A model generated the notes under the pieces. That model ran no database searches and was not told the DNA's origin. It saw only the letters and a program-made list of their open reading frames with translations. DNA of 64,000 nt from Patescibacteria group bacterium. Its GTDB lineage: Bacteria > Patescibacteriota > Minisyncoccia > Phycocordibacterales > UBA2100. Position numbers and translations under genes: made by a program. This document shows, piece by piece, positions 53,217-61,999 of this stretch (its first letter is position 1; each line of letters starts with the position of its first letter). The stretch is from positions 28,422-92,421 of the forward strand of contig JBBTSD010000001.1 of the NCBI GenBank assembly GCA_038064835.1. Direction: 5' to 3'.

Positions 53217-56200
53217 GAACCCTGATTCTCAAAGAACAAAAGCGTACAAGATTTCCGCACACCAAGATTCTTTGGCCGGACGCCCCGGCAAGGACACTGG
53301 CGCGGATACCGACTTGATTACTTCTAAAAACGAATGGACGGTGGCTCTGGCACATGCGCGCGCGGTGATCGAAGCAGAACTCCTCGGGAAAAAGGCACCA
53401 CAGTTTCCTTTCTCAAAGGCGCCACAGTTCCTGAGCCCGGGTACGGCAGGGGTGTGTATATGGGTTGGGGGCTCTCTCCGGGGTTCGCATATAGTCGAAG
53501 GCGCACTTTTGGGGAATGCAGTGAGCGAATCGGCGGCACAAACAGTGCAAGACCCTCGATTCAAACCGATTGCGGAAGCGGATAGTAAAAACATGAGAGT
53601 ACAGGTGAGTCAGATTTCTTCTGTGTGGGTACGCATTGATCCACGCACCGGGACGCTCGCGCACAATAAAGGGTATGCACTCGTGCACGGAGGGAAGACA
53701 GGGTGGTTTCTTCCGGAGGTTTTTAGCATACGGACATTTACCAGTATTTCACAGTTGGCACGAGCGCTGGCACGAGAAAAGTTGCATCTTCCGGAGGAAG
53801 TTGCATTCGGGAAAGATACCGAGTTGTATACATTCGAAGTATACGAGGTGGTGGAGTCTATGTGCGAGTCCGAGCTGTCAGTGGGCGGTGCTCAGACATA
53901 CCCCGTGCATCTCGATGGTCCAATACCTCGCGAAGCTCGCACTGATCGCGAGAGCTCCATCTCTCGGATGGTAGCGTATGCGGTACGCTGTTGTAACGAG
54001 GACGGCAGTATCACCTGTGCGCTATCGGAAGGGATCGCAGACGCTCGCTACGAATGGGGGAGAGCATTTTTTTCAATTGCTGCCATGGCCGAATATGCGC
54101 GCACAGCACCCTCCGCACTAACCAAGGCGGCTCATCGTGCGTATCACTACCATCGGTCACATCTTTTTGGGAAGCGTGGCGCACATCTTCCGGACACAGC
54201 GCTTTTGTATGCATACCTGGGGCACGCGGCGCTTTCCTTCGGTTTTGTAGACGATGCGCGAATGTGTTCCGAATATATTAAGGGGGTGGTCGAACGGGAA
54301 AGATTTTCTCCGATACCGTTCGGTCAAGCGGCGAGTTTCCTAAGCAGAATGATTCTGGTAGGTCTGGATATAAAAGCGCATGCCGCGGCGTACTGCTTGG
54401 CAACTCTTGCGCGCCATTTCGAAGAGGATACAAACAAGTCGACAGCGTCATATGCAGAACTTGCCACGGCAAGTGCCATCTTCTACAAAGCAACACAGAG
54501 TGAATGGGCGCTCGGTCTTGCCCGCATGACAGCGCGGTGGCTCATGAGCGAACAACTTTCTGACGGAGCGTTTAGAGGTTCGCAGTCGAGCACATCTGCA
54601 TATACACGAGGTACGGGGAAGGTAATCGAAGCGCTCGCCGAATACGCCCGTTCGTGCCCGCTTTCAGAAGACGAGCGCGCTCGCGTCGTCACCGCTATGG
54701 GTCGTGGCGAATCGTGGATGATGCGCATGCAGTATTCTGCAGAGAGTAGCTTTGCGCTATCAAAAACCTTTCGAGAGAAAGTGCAGGGGGGATTTCGTCA
54801 CGACTACTTCAGCAAAGATGCATGGCTTGATGCAGTGTGGCACTTCCTGCTTTACAAAGCGCGCCGGGAAAGCAATGACGAAAAGCGAGCACATGGTCAT
54901 CAGACGATAGAATTCTTGCCTCTGCGAAATGCCCCGCGTTTTTTTAAGGAGCACGGCGAAGATTCGCGTCTTCGCACCGACAAGTACGCTGCTCTGGGGT
55001 GGGCGTTCATGAAGAAGCTGGGTGTGGGGTCTGCAATTGAAAAATTATCCACTCGAGAGCTTCTGGATGCGTGGACAATTCTGCGACGAGCGCGCATCAC
55101 AGAGAGTGAGGTTGCGCACACTATGCGGTACATGGCGTTTCCGGACACGCCTGGATTTTTTGCGTGCCACCCAACTCTTTCCTATGAGCCTGGAAGCACC
55201 GACGGGAGGACAAAACAGCGCAGGTATGCTCATGGATTCAGTGAATCGTGGGAGCGCGCACTCGCACAGTCAGTGGGAGAAATGTATGAACGGTACTTTC
55301 TCTCGCTGTATAAGAGCAACGAGTTGCGCCTTGCGTCGGTAAATGAACTAAAGGCTGATCATGTGGCGCATCTCGACCCAGCATATCTGACTCGGCTTTC
55401 CGAATCACAAGTCAAGGCTCTCGGCTCTCGATCGTGGGACGAGAGTGTGCCGTTGCGCTGGGTGGAAGGAGTGCGGGTGAGTTCAGGCAAGAAAGTGCTT
55501 ATTCCTGCGCAACTCGTGTTTTGGAATTACTCGTGTGCGAATGACGAGGCAAGACTCTGCGAGAGCAATTCCAGCGGTCTGGGGGCAGCGGGAAGCTCTG
55601 CGGGGGCGCTTCTTGCCGGGCTACATGAAGTGTTGGAGCGGGATGCTTTTCTTGCGCACTGGCTCACTAAAACACCGCTAGAGCGCATTACTCTTGCGAG
55701 CGTGCCCGGAGAGAAATGTGCGCGCTTTGTCGACCGCGCGCGAAAGCATGGGGTTCGCATGAGTTTGTTTCGAGCAGGAACGACGGGAGGTATTGATGCA
55801 TTCTATGCGCTTCTTGAAGACGAGAGAGGTCGAGGAAATCCGCGTGTGGTGCTTGGCGGTTCCTGCAAATCGAATCCTGTGGCCGCGATTGAACGCGCCC
55901 TCGAGGAAGTGTGGTCAATATATTTCGCTGTGCGCGCAGAAGAGAAAGGCTCGTATGAACTGCTGGCCGAAGATTATGTGCCGTTCAAGAGCCCGCTTGC
56001 CATAGGCAAACGAGTGTCACTCTGGTCTCACCAAGATACCGCTCCTGAAATCTCCTTTCTTCTAAAAGTAAAAGAGCAAGACTTTAGTGTACCCTCGCGT
56101 ACTGGTACCAGGAACGCACATGAAGAGCTCCTCACAACTGTGGAAGACATTGAAAAGCAAGGGGTCGGCTACGAGGTGTTTGCGTACCATGCGGTGCACC

Positions 56201-56385
56201 CACTTCTCGCAGAGGCGGGGATATTTGCGACGCGCGTGATAGTCCCGGCGCTCATACCGCTCTACTATAGTGAACACATGGCACCGACACTGCTTACACA
56301 TCGACTTGCGCAGTGGAGCGCACAACAGGGTTTTGGGGACAAAAAGTGCGCTATTTCCAATGTGTTTCCACACCCGTACCCGTGA
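53161..56385 (+). CDS. 1074-aa fusion: AMMECR1-like N-domain (Cys->Ser in LRGCIG) + ~450-aa alpha-helical region + C-terminal YcaO domain ending PHPYP
   Basis: AMMECR1-like GVCIWVGGSLRGSHIVEGALLGNAVSESAAQTVQDPRFKPIAEAD...RVQVSQISS; YcaO motifs VGEMYERYFL and SSGLGAAGSSAGALLAGLHEVLERDAFLAHW. The true start is probably an internal ATG (~53197 or 53215), because the annotated 5' end overlaps the divergent YcaO gene. Confidence 0.75.
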   Translation: MFRRLWTRYPDTMTPSSAMNPDSQRTKAYKISAHQDSLAGRPGKDTGADTDLITSKNEWTVALAHARAVIEAELLGKKAPQFPFSKAPQFLSPGTAGVCIWVGGSLRGSHIVEGALLGNAVSESAAQTVQDPRFKPIAEADSKNMRVQVSQISSVWVRIDPRTGTLAHNKGYALVHGGKTGWFLPEVFSIRTFTSISQLARALAREKLHLPEEVAFGKDTELYTFEVYEVVESMCESELSVGGAQTYPVHLDGPIPREARTDRESSISRMVAYAVRCCNEDGSITCALSEGIADARYEWGRAFFSIAAMAEYARTAPSALTKAAHRAYHYHRSHLFGKRGAHLPDTALLYAYLGHAALSFGFVDDARMCSEYIKGVVERERFSPIPFGQAASFLSRMILVGLDIKAHAAAYCLATLARHFEEDTNKSTASYAELATASAIFYKATQSEWALGLARMTARWLMSEQLSDGAFRGSQSSTSAYTRGTGKVIEALAEYARSCPLSEDERARVVTAMGRGESWMMRMQYSAESSFALSKTFREKVQGGFRHDYFSKDAWLDAVWHFLLYKARRESNDEKRAHGHQTIEFLPLRNAPRFFKEHGEDSRLRTDKYAALGWAFMKKLGVGSAIEKLSTRELLDAWTILRRARITESEVAHTMRYMAFPDTPGFFACHPTLSYEPGSTDGRTKQRRYAHGFSESWERALAQSVGEMYERYFLSLYKSNELRLASVNELKADHVAHLDPAYLTRLSESQVKALGSRSWDESVPLRWVEGVRVSSGKKVLIPAQLVFWNYSCANDEARLCESNSSGLGAAGSSAGALLAGLHEVLERDAFLAHWLTKTPLERITLASVPGEKCARFVDRARKHGVRMSLFRAGTTGGIDAFYALLEDERGRGNPRVVLGGSCKSNPVAAIERALEEVWSIYFAVRAEEKGSYELLAEDYVPFKSPLAIGKRVSLWSHQDTAPEISFLLKVKEQDFSVPSRTGTRNAHEELLTTVEDIEKQGVGYEVFAYHAVHPLLAEAGIFATRVIVPALIPLYYSEHMAPTLLTHRLAQWSAQQGFGDKKCAISNVFPHPYP

Positions 56386-56470
56386 GACCTTTTCTAAAGT
56401 TCGTACACAACTTGTTGCGCAGATTTCAATTACATAGCGACACGCTGTTTATCCACACAGACAGTCAAGA

Positions 56471-56947
56471 GTGTTCGGAACGCGGTACTATGTGTGCATG
56501 GTTGCGGTCCAAGTATCAAAAGATTTTTTGAGGCGGGCTGGGTATGCGCTTTTGGTAATACTCGGTGTGGGTTTATCGTTAGGCGCCCTCTTGTTCCCTC
56601 GCGCATCCGGCACTTCACACGGGCTGACTGGAAAGGACACAGCCCATGCGGATGTCCCTGGTTGCGGAGGGGGAGGATGCGCTGAATCATGTGGTAGCTC
56701 ATGTGGTAGCTCATGCGACAGTTCATGCGACAGTTCATGCTCGTCATGCACGGCGTGTAGCACGGATGGGGGGTGTGATTCAGGGTGTTCATGTGATTGT
56801 GGTTGTGCTGGTGGGTGTGGAGGGGACTGTTCTGGTGGGTGTAGCGATGGGTGTGGCTCGGCTGATGGGTGTGGCTCGGCTGATGGGTGCGGGTGTGGAT
56901 GCTCCGAAGGTGGTGGAGGAGGTGAGGGCGAAGGAGAGGGCGCTTAG
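56471..56947 (+). CDS. Putative RiPP (TOMM-type) precursor: hydrophobic or signal-like leader + ~95-aa Cys/Ser/Gly/Asp-rich core (25+ Cys)
   Basis: The core is GCGGGGCAESCGSSCGSSCDSSCDSSCSSCTACSTDGGCDSGCSCDCGCAGGCGGDCSGGCSDGCGSADGCGSADGCGCGCSEGGGGGEGEGEGA. The alternative ATG is at 56498 (MVAVQVSKDFLRRAGYALLVILGVGLSLGALLF...). It sits immediately downstream of the YcaO fusion gene. Confidence 0.6.
   Translation: MFGTRYYVCMVAVQVSKDFLRRAGYALLVILGVGLSLGALLFPRASGTSHGLTGKDTAHADVPGCGGGGCAESCGSSCGSSCDSSCDSSCSSCTACSTDGGCDSGCSCDCGCAGGCGGDCSGGCSDGCGSADGCGSADGCGCGCSEGGGGGEGEGEGA
56686..56900 (+). repeat. Short in-frame tandem nucleotide repeats (12-18 nt units) inside the precursor core
   Basis: TCATGTGGTAGC x2, TCATGCGACAGT x2, GATGGGTGTGGCTCGGCT x2 plus a partial copy; these encode SCGS/SCDS/DGCGSA repeats. 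Confidence 0.7.
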
Positions 56948-56982
56948 TTAGCTTACGCCAAAAATTTCACTACACTAAATAT

Positions 56983-58104
56983 ATGCAAGCAGAAAGTTTG
57001 AAATCAATATATCGGGGAGTTTTCATAATCGCTTTTCTCGCAGTTTCTGTGGTCGCCTTCTATGTTCAATACGAGTTAAAAGGACAGAGTGCGATGTCTA
57101 AGGAGGAAATCCGCGGGGCAGAAGAGCTCGCGCTTCGTGGCCAATATGATAAGGCACTTGCGATGGCTCGGAATACAGCCAGTGCCGCCTCGGACCCTCG
57201 CAGTATCTTTGACGCGCGACTCACGGCCATATTTTCTGCTTTTATGGGAGGGGATACTGACGCCAGGCTTGCAGCTGTGCGAGTCGCGAAAGAGCAGTAT
57301 GCGATTGCCGCCGAGCCGCGTGAGCGCTCATACATAATCGGTATGCTCATTGGTTTTATTACAATAGATAGAAACCCAAAAGTGTTCGGAGAGGTATTTT
57401 CAGGAGATATCTTTGGCGCACTTCGCGCAAAAGATGGAGATCCTTTGGTTTCTCTAAAGAATCTTGCAGAGCTTTCTATAGTCGAAAACCCAACATCAGG
57501 AGCATATCTCCAGATAGCGACGCTCGACGCCGCTCGTATTCTAGGCGCCAAAGCTCTCAAGCTTAGCAAGGAAGATCGGCAAGCCCATGCTAAAAACATA
57601 CTCACATTGCTCGAATCCGCGGCGGCTGTTTTTTCCGATGAGCGCACGCATATTCCCCGTACACTCTTCGGCAAGCTTCAGTTCGCGAGTTACTACAGCC
57701 GGACAGGATATCTGTACGGTGCGGTGGCACTAGTTATCCCTGATTATTTCAAGCAATCGGAGGAGGCGTATCAGACGCTCTATGCACTTCGCGCAAAAGA
57801 AGAGGGTGGGAAGCAAGGCCTGATTTCGTCATGGGTTCCTCATGCGTATCTCAATCATGCACTGTATCTTGATTCGGTCGGGGGTGTTTCTAGGCGCGGA
57901 GATATGCAAGAAGTACTCAGCTCGCTGGTTGGTTTAGTGCAAGCCGATCGGGCTGTGCACGAAAAATCCTTCCTGGGTTTCTTGCGCAACGCGAAAGAAA
58001 TGGAAGCGAAGTATGGTTCGTATGACGCCAAGAACCTACGCCACCTTGCGACCTTATCTCCAGAGCTCAAAGATTTCCTAGTCCAAGAAGGGTGGATATT
58101 CTAA
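56983..58104 (+). CDS. Membrane-anchored alpha-helical hypothetical protein; last gene of the inserted island
   Basis: N-terminal TM (VFIIAFLAVSVVAFYV); the remainder is predicted helical; no family recognised. Confidence 0.5.
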   Translation: MQAESLKSIYRGVFIIAFLAVSVVAFYVQYELKGQSAMSKEEIRGAEELALRGQYDKALAMARNTASAASDPRSIFDARLTAIFSAFMGGDTDARLAAVRVAKEQYAIAAEPRERSYIIGMLIGFITIDRNPKVFGEVFSGDIFGALRAKDGDPLVSLKNLAELSIVENPTSGAYLQIATLDAARILGAKALKLSKEDRQAHAKNILTLLESAAAVFSDERTHIPRTLFGKLQFASYYSRTGYLYGAVALVIPDYFKQSEEAYQTLYALRAKEEGGKQGLISSWVPHAYLNHALYLDSVGGVSRRGDMQEVLSSLVGLVQADRAVHEKSFLGFLRNAKEMEAKYGSYDAKNLRHLATLSPELKDFLVQEGWIF

Positions 58105-58126
58105 AAGTATCCTGCGCGATTATTTT

Positions 58127-58154
58127 TTGCAATTACGCTGTAGTCTGTTATAGT
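58127..58154 (+). promoter_or_regulatory. Sigma70-like promoter (TTGCAA-16 nt-TATAGT) upstream of fusA, followed by a small UUCG-loop hairpin + T-run (58160-58185)
   Basis: Hexamers seen directly; it would give fusA its own promoter downstream of the insertion. Confidence 0.3.
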
Positions 58155-58208
58155 TCGGTGGTCGCTTCGGCGGTTTTTATTTTAACTAAGTATCTGTTTT
58201 ATTCCCCT

Positions 58209-60353
58209 ATGAATCGAGATTATCCACTGGAGAGGGTGCGCAACTTCGGCATCATCGCACACATCGACGCGGGCAAGACCACCACCTCTGAGCGTATTCT
58301 CTTTTACACGGGTGAATCTCATAAAATCGGTGAAGTGCACGACGGTAACACCGTGACCGACTGGATGGAACAGGAGCGCGAACGAGGTATCACGATTACC
58401 GCCGCCGCAATCACTTGTTTCTGGAATCCTTCGTACATGGGCACCGACCTCTCATTCAAACATCGTTTCAATATCATCGATACTCCAGGCCACATCGACT
58501 TCACTTCTGAAGTACAACGATCAATGCGCGTCCTCGACGGCGCGATTGTCGTGTTTGACGGTGTTGCTGGTGTAGAGCCACAGACCGAGACCAACTGGCG
58601 CTACGCCGAAGATGCAAAAGTACCCCGTCTTTGTTTCGTGAATAAGCTTGACCGCACAGGCGCATCTTTTGATAAATCGTTTGGCATGATTCGCGAGCGG
58701 CTGTCGAAAAACGCGGTGCGTATGCAAATTCCTATTGGCGAAGAAGATGCGCTTGAAGGCGTCATTAATCTTATAGATATGCAGGCGTTTCGTTTTGAGG
58801 GAGACAAGGGGCGCGTCGTCATTCCTATGCCGGTACCCGAATCTCACAAAGCAGAGGCAGAGAAGTACCGTGCCGAACTCATCGAAGCGATCGTCGAGCA
58901 CGACGAGGTGCTTATGACAGGATACCTTGAGGGGAAGGAACCGACCGTCCCTGTGCTTAAAGCCACGCTCAGGAAGGCAGTTATCGAAAATAAAATCTTC
59001 CCCACCTTCTGTGGTTCCGCACTTAAAAATGTTGGAGTCCAGCTGGTCCTTGATGGTGTTGTGGACTACCTCCCGACACCGCTTGACCTTCCGCCAGCAA
59101 AGGGAATCCATCCTGATACAGGCGAAGTGATCGAACGCAAACCAGCCGACTCTGAGCCATTCTCTGCGCTTATTTTTAAACTCCAGACTGACCCGTTTGT
59201 AGGTCAGCTCTCATTCTTTCGCGTATATTCAGGTCAACTAGAGGTGGGAAGCTATGTCTACAATGCATCAAATGGCACCAAGGAGCGTGTTGGCCGTATG
59301 GTTCGCCTCCAGGCCGACAAACGAGAAGAAATAAAAAAGGTGTTCACTGGTGAAATCGCGGCACTCTTGGGCGCAAAGGATGCCAAGATTGGGCACACCA
59401 TTTGTGATGAAAAGAATCCAATAATTCTCGAAGAGATTAAATTCCGTCAGCCAGTTCTCTCTGCTCGTATTGAGCCAAAGACCAAGGGCGATCAAGAAAA
59501 GATGGGTATGGCATTAGCAAAACTTTCCGACGAAGATCCAACATTCCGTATTCGCAGTGACGAGGAAACAGGCGACACCATCGTGTCCGGTATGGGCGAG
59601 CTCCATCTCGATATCATTGTTGATCGGATGCGTCGCGAGTTTGGCGTTGAGGCAACACTCGGCAAGCCGCAAGTCGCTTACCGCGAGACCATTCAGGGTA
59701 GTGCTGAAGTTGAAAATAAATACATCAAGCAGACCGGAGGTCGCGGGCAGTACGGCCATGTCAAAATTCGCGTCAAACCACTCGAGCCATTGGTGGAAGG
59801 CAAGAAGATTCCTGCAAATACGACTCGTGAAGACCACTTTGAGTTCATTAATACCGTTAAAGGAGGCGCAATTCCTCAGGAATATATTCCTGCTGTCGAG
59901 AAGGGTATTCGTGAAGCGCTTGAGCGCGGAGTCCTTGCGGGTTATCCGGTTGTCGATGTCTCTGTCGAGTTGTTTGACGGGTCGTTTCATGAAGTCGACT
60001 CATCCGAAATTGCCTTCAAGATTGCCGGTTCCATGGCGTTTCAGGAGGCTGCACGACAGGCACGACTTGCGCTCCTTGAGCCAATTATGAAAATCGAAGT
60101 TGTTACCCCGGACAAATTCATGGGCGATGTTACGGGTAATCTCAATGGCAAGCGCGGACAAGTACAATCTATCGACGATCGCTCAGGCGGCCTCAAAGTT
60201 ATTATTGCGCATGTACCGCTCTCTGAAATGTTTGGGTACACCACAGCACTTCGTTCGATGACTGAAGGCCGTGCGACATCCATGATGGAATTCGATCATT
60301 ATGCAACGGTACCAAAGAATGTAGCAGATGAGGTTGTTGCAAGTAGAAAGTAG
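58209..60353 (+). CDS. fusA: Elongation factor G
   Basis: MNRDYPLERVRNFGIIAHIDAGKTTTSERILFYTG...; full-length EF-G. The ORF track opens at 58092; the true ATG is at 58209. Confidence 0.95.
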   Translation: MNRDYPLERVRNFGIIAHIDAGKTTTSERILFYTGESHKIGEVHDGNTVTDWMEQERERGITITAAAITCFWNPSYMGTDLSFKHRFNIIDTPGHIDFTSEVQRSMRVLDGAIVVFDGVAGVEPQTETNWRYAEDAKVPRLCFVNKLDRTGASFDKSFGMIRERLSKNAVRMQIPIGEEDALEGVINLIDMQAFRFEGDKGRVVIPMPVPESHKAEAEKYRAELIEAIVEHDEVLMTGYLEGKEPTVPVLKATLRKAVIENKIFPTFCGSALKNVGVQLVLDGVVDYLPTPLDLPPAKGIHPDTGEVIERKPADSEPFSALIFKLQTDPFVGQLSFFRVYSGQLEVGSYVYNASNGTKERVGRMVRLQADKREEIKKVFTGEIAALLGAKDAKIGHTICDEKNPIILEEIKFRQPVLSARIEPKTKGDQEKMGMALAKLSDEDPTFRIRSDEETGDTIVSGMGELHLDIIVDRMRREFGVEATLGKPQVAYRETIQGSAEVENKYIKQTGGRGQYGHVKIRVKPLEPLVEGKKIPANTTREDHFEFINTVKGGAIPQEYIPAVEKGIREALERGVLAGYPVVDVSVELFDGSFHEVDSSEIAFKIAGSMAFQEAARQARLALLEPIMKIEVVTPDKFMGDVTGNLNGKRGQVQSIDDRSGGLKVIIAHVPLSEMFGYTTALRSMTEGRATSMMEFDHYATVPKNVADEVVASRK

Positions 60354-60370
60354 TAATGTGAAAGAGACAA

Positions 60371-61999
60371 CTACGGTGTTGCCGTGGTGATGCAATGCAG
60401 AGCGTTATTAAAGGTCGGGACATAGGTCCGGCTCGTCTCTTGATCATACAAAATCTTGCCAACAATCCTTTCTGGGAACTGGATGTGACCTAGTTCTTTT
60501 CCTGTTGTAGGGTCGATTTTGTACAAGACACCGTCGTTCGAACCTATAAACAACGAACCCTTGATGAGGGCAGGGCTACTAAAGATTCTCCCGCGTGTCA
60601 AAAATTTCCAATGCAGTTTTTTATGCACGGTGTCGTAGGAGTAGACAAACTTATCGAGTGAGTTGATGAATAGTGTATCGCCAGTCCATAGTGGGGTGGA
60701 GTATATCGCCTCGAGTGTTTCAAATGTATCTGAGATGGCTAGAGTCTTGGTGTCAATAATATGACACTTCTTGTCGAATGCTCCGAAGGCGACTTTCGAT
60801 CCATCAGATTTTTCTGCAAACGATGCACGAATCGGCGCGCCGATAGTATGCTCCTGTAGTTGTTCGCCTGTTTTCGCACGGTACATTCGGACAATCCCAT
60901 CATTAGAGCCACAGAAGAGCAGATTATTTTTTTCAGACACATAGGGAGAGCAGTGGGTAAGACCGGTGTGCTGACCACGCCACCGTTCTTCTCCTGTCTC
61001 TGGGTCAAGTGCTACAACGGCGCCTCGTTTTTTCCAGAGACCAAATTCGAGACCAATGTACAGTAGGTTATTTTTTGTGGAAACGGCAGGAGAAGATCCG
61101 ATCCAGTCAGCATCCATAAATACCCACTTTGTTTTGCCTGTTTTTGCATCGAGTGCGTACAGATTGCCGTCGTACGCACCAAAGTACACGATATCGTTGA
61201 ATACCAGGGGTGAAGAATAGATCATTTTCCCCTTGTCTCCAAAACGGACCGTGTGGGTCCAGAGAGTAGAACCGTTTTGTTTATTGATACAGTAAAATAC
61301 GCCCGAATCAGTACCAAAAAGTAATGTGTCCCCATGCATTACCGGTGTCGACTTGGGGACAACATTTTTGTAATTCACTGAGGTGGGAGAAGTGGTGAAT
61401 GTCCAATGATGGGTAAATGGGAGTGGTTGTAGCTCGCGTACATTTTCAAAATTCCTGACACCCAACGACTCTTGGAAATCGTTGAGTTCGAAAAGGGTGA
61501 CAAGGCGGATGCCATTTTGTGTCAGAAAATCGTAAAACGAAGTATCTCGGAAACGCACAAGGCAAAAAATTGCCTCGACCTGCAATCCCGCCTCCCGCAA
61601 TGTGGCGATCTGCTTCTCTACAGACTTCCCGCTATTCAAAATGTCGTCTACCAGAATGATGGGCTCTTGTGTAGGTGATCCTTCAATGGACTTGTGTAAG
61701 TCGTGTTTCTTCCTGCCTTTGCGTATAAAAAGACCATTTGCCCTAATGTTGCGTGTTTCAGCAGAAAAAACCAGGGTGGTCAAAAGAGGGATGGATGCTG
61801 ATTCAAGGCCGCATACTTGGAGGGTTTGCTTGTCTGGAAACGCCTCGAAAAAAGCCGTCGCATATACATCCATAAATTCCTTCGTCATGCTGACATTTCG
61901 AAAATCAAAAATCCATCGCTCCTCGCCTGTGTCTTGGAACCGTGAAAAAGTCTTTTGCTCAATCAGTTTCTTTAATGCCGCATGTCGTGGAGAGCTCAT
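60371..61999 (-). CDS. Fusion of a type-I phosphoribosyltransferase-like domain and a PQQ-like beta-propeller repeat domain
   Basis: PRPP-binding-like EPIILVDDILNSGKS; the C-terminal half has repeated G.LYALDA.TGK..W / ALDPETGEERW PQQ-type blades. Confidence 0.55.
   Translation of the reverse strand: MSSPRHAALKKLIEQKTFSRFQDTGEERWIFDFRNVSMTKEFMDVYATAFFEAFPDKQTLQVCGLESASIPLLTTLVFSAETRNIRANGLFIRKGRKKHDLHKSIEGSPTQEPIILVDDILNSGKSVEKQIATLREAGLQVEAIFCLVRFRDTSFYDFLTQNGIRLVTLFELNDFQESLGVRNFENVRELQPLPFTHHWTFTTSPTSVNYKNVVPKSTPVMHGDTLLFGTDSGVFYCINKQNGSTLWTHTVRFGDKGKMIYSSPLVFNDIVYFGAYDGNLYALDAKTGKTKWVFMDADWIGSSPAVSTKNNLLYIGLEFGLWKKRGAVVALDPETGEERWRGQHTGLTHCSPYVSEKNNLLFCGSNDGIVRMYRAKTGEQLQEHTIGAPIRASFAEKSDGSKVAFGAFDKKCHIIDTKTLAISDTFETLEAIYSTPLWTGDTLFINSLDKFVYSYDTVHKKLHWKFLTRGRIFSSPALIKGSLFIGSNDGVLYKIDPTTGKELGHIQFPERIVGKILYDQETSRTYVPTFNNALHCITTATP

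Noticed and set aside
56686-56900. Short direct repeats that could superficially resemble a CRISPR-like array
   Set aside because: Units are 12-18 nt, contiguous without spacers, in-frame and inside a CDS. This is coding repeat expansion, not a CRISPR array. No cas genes are present.
56430-56951. His-rich antisense ORFs (HELSHELSHELPHELPHD…) and a +2-frame ORF overlapping the Cys-rich precursor
   Set aside because: They are mirror images of the repetitive TGC/AGC-rich coding repeats. The Cys/Ser/Gly frame is the one consistent with the neighbouring YcaO/SagB genes.
50901-58208. Calling the rpsG-fusA insertion a mobile element or genomic island with a defined integration mechanism
   Set aside because: No integrase, transposase, tRNA target, or flanking direct/inverted repeats could be found by eye, and I saw no obvious compositional shift. 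I report it as an insertion relative to the conserved operon only.
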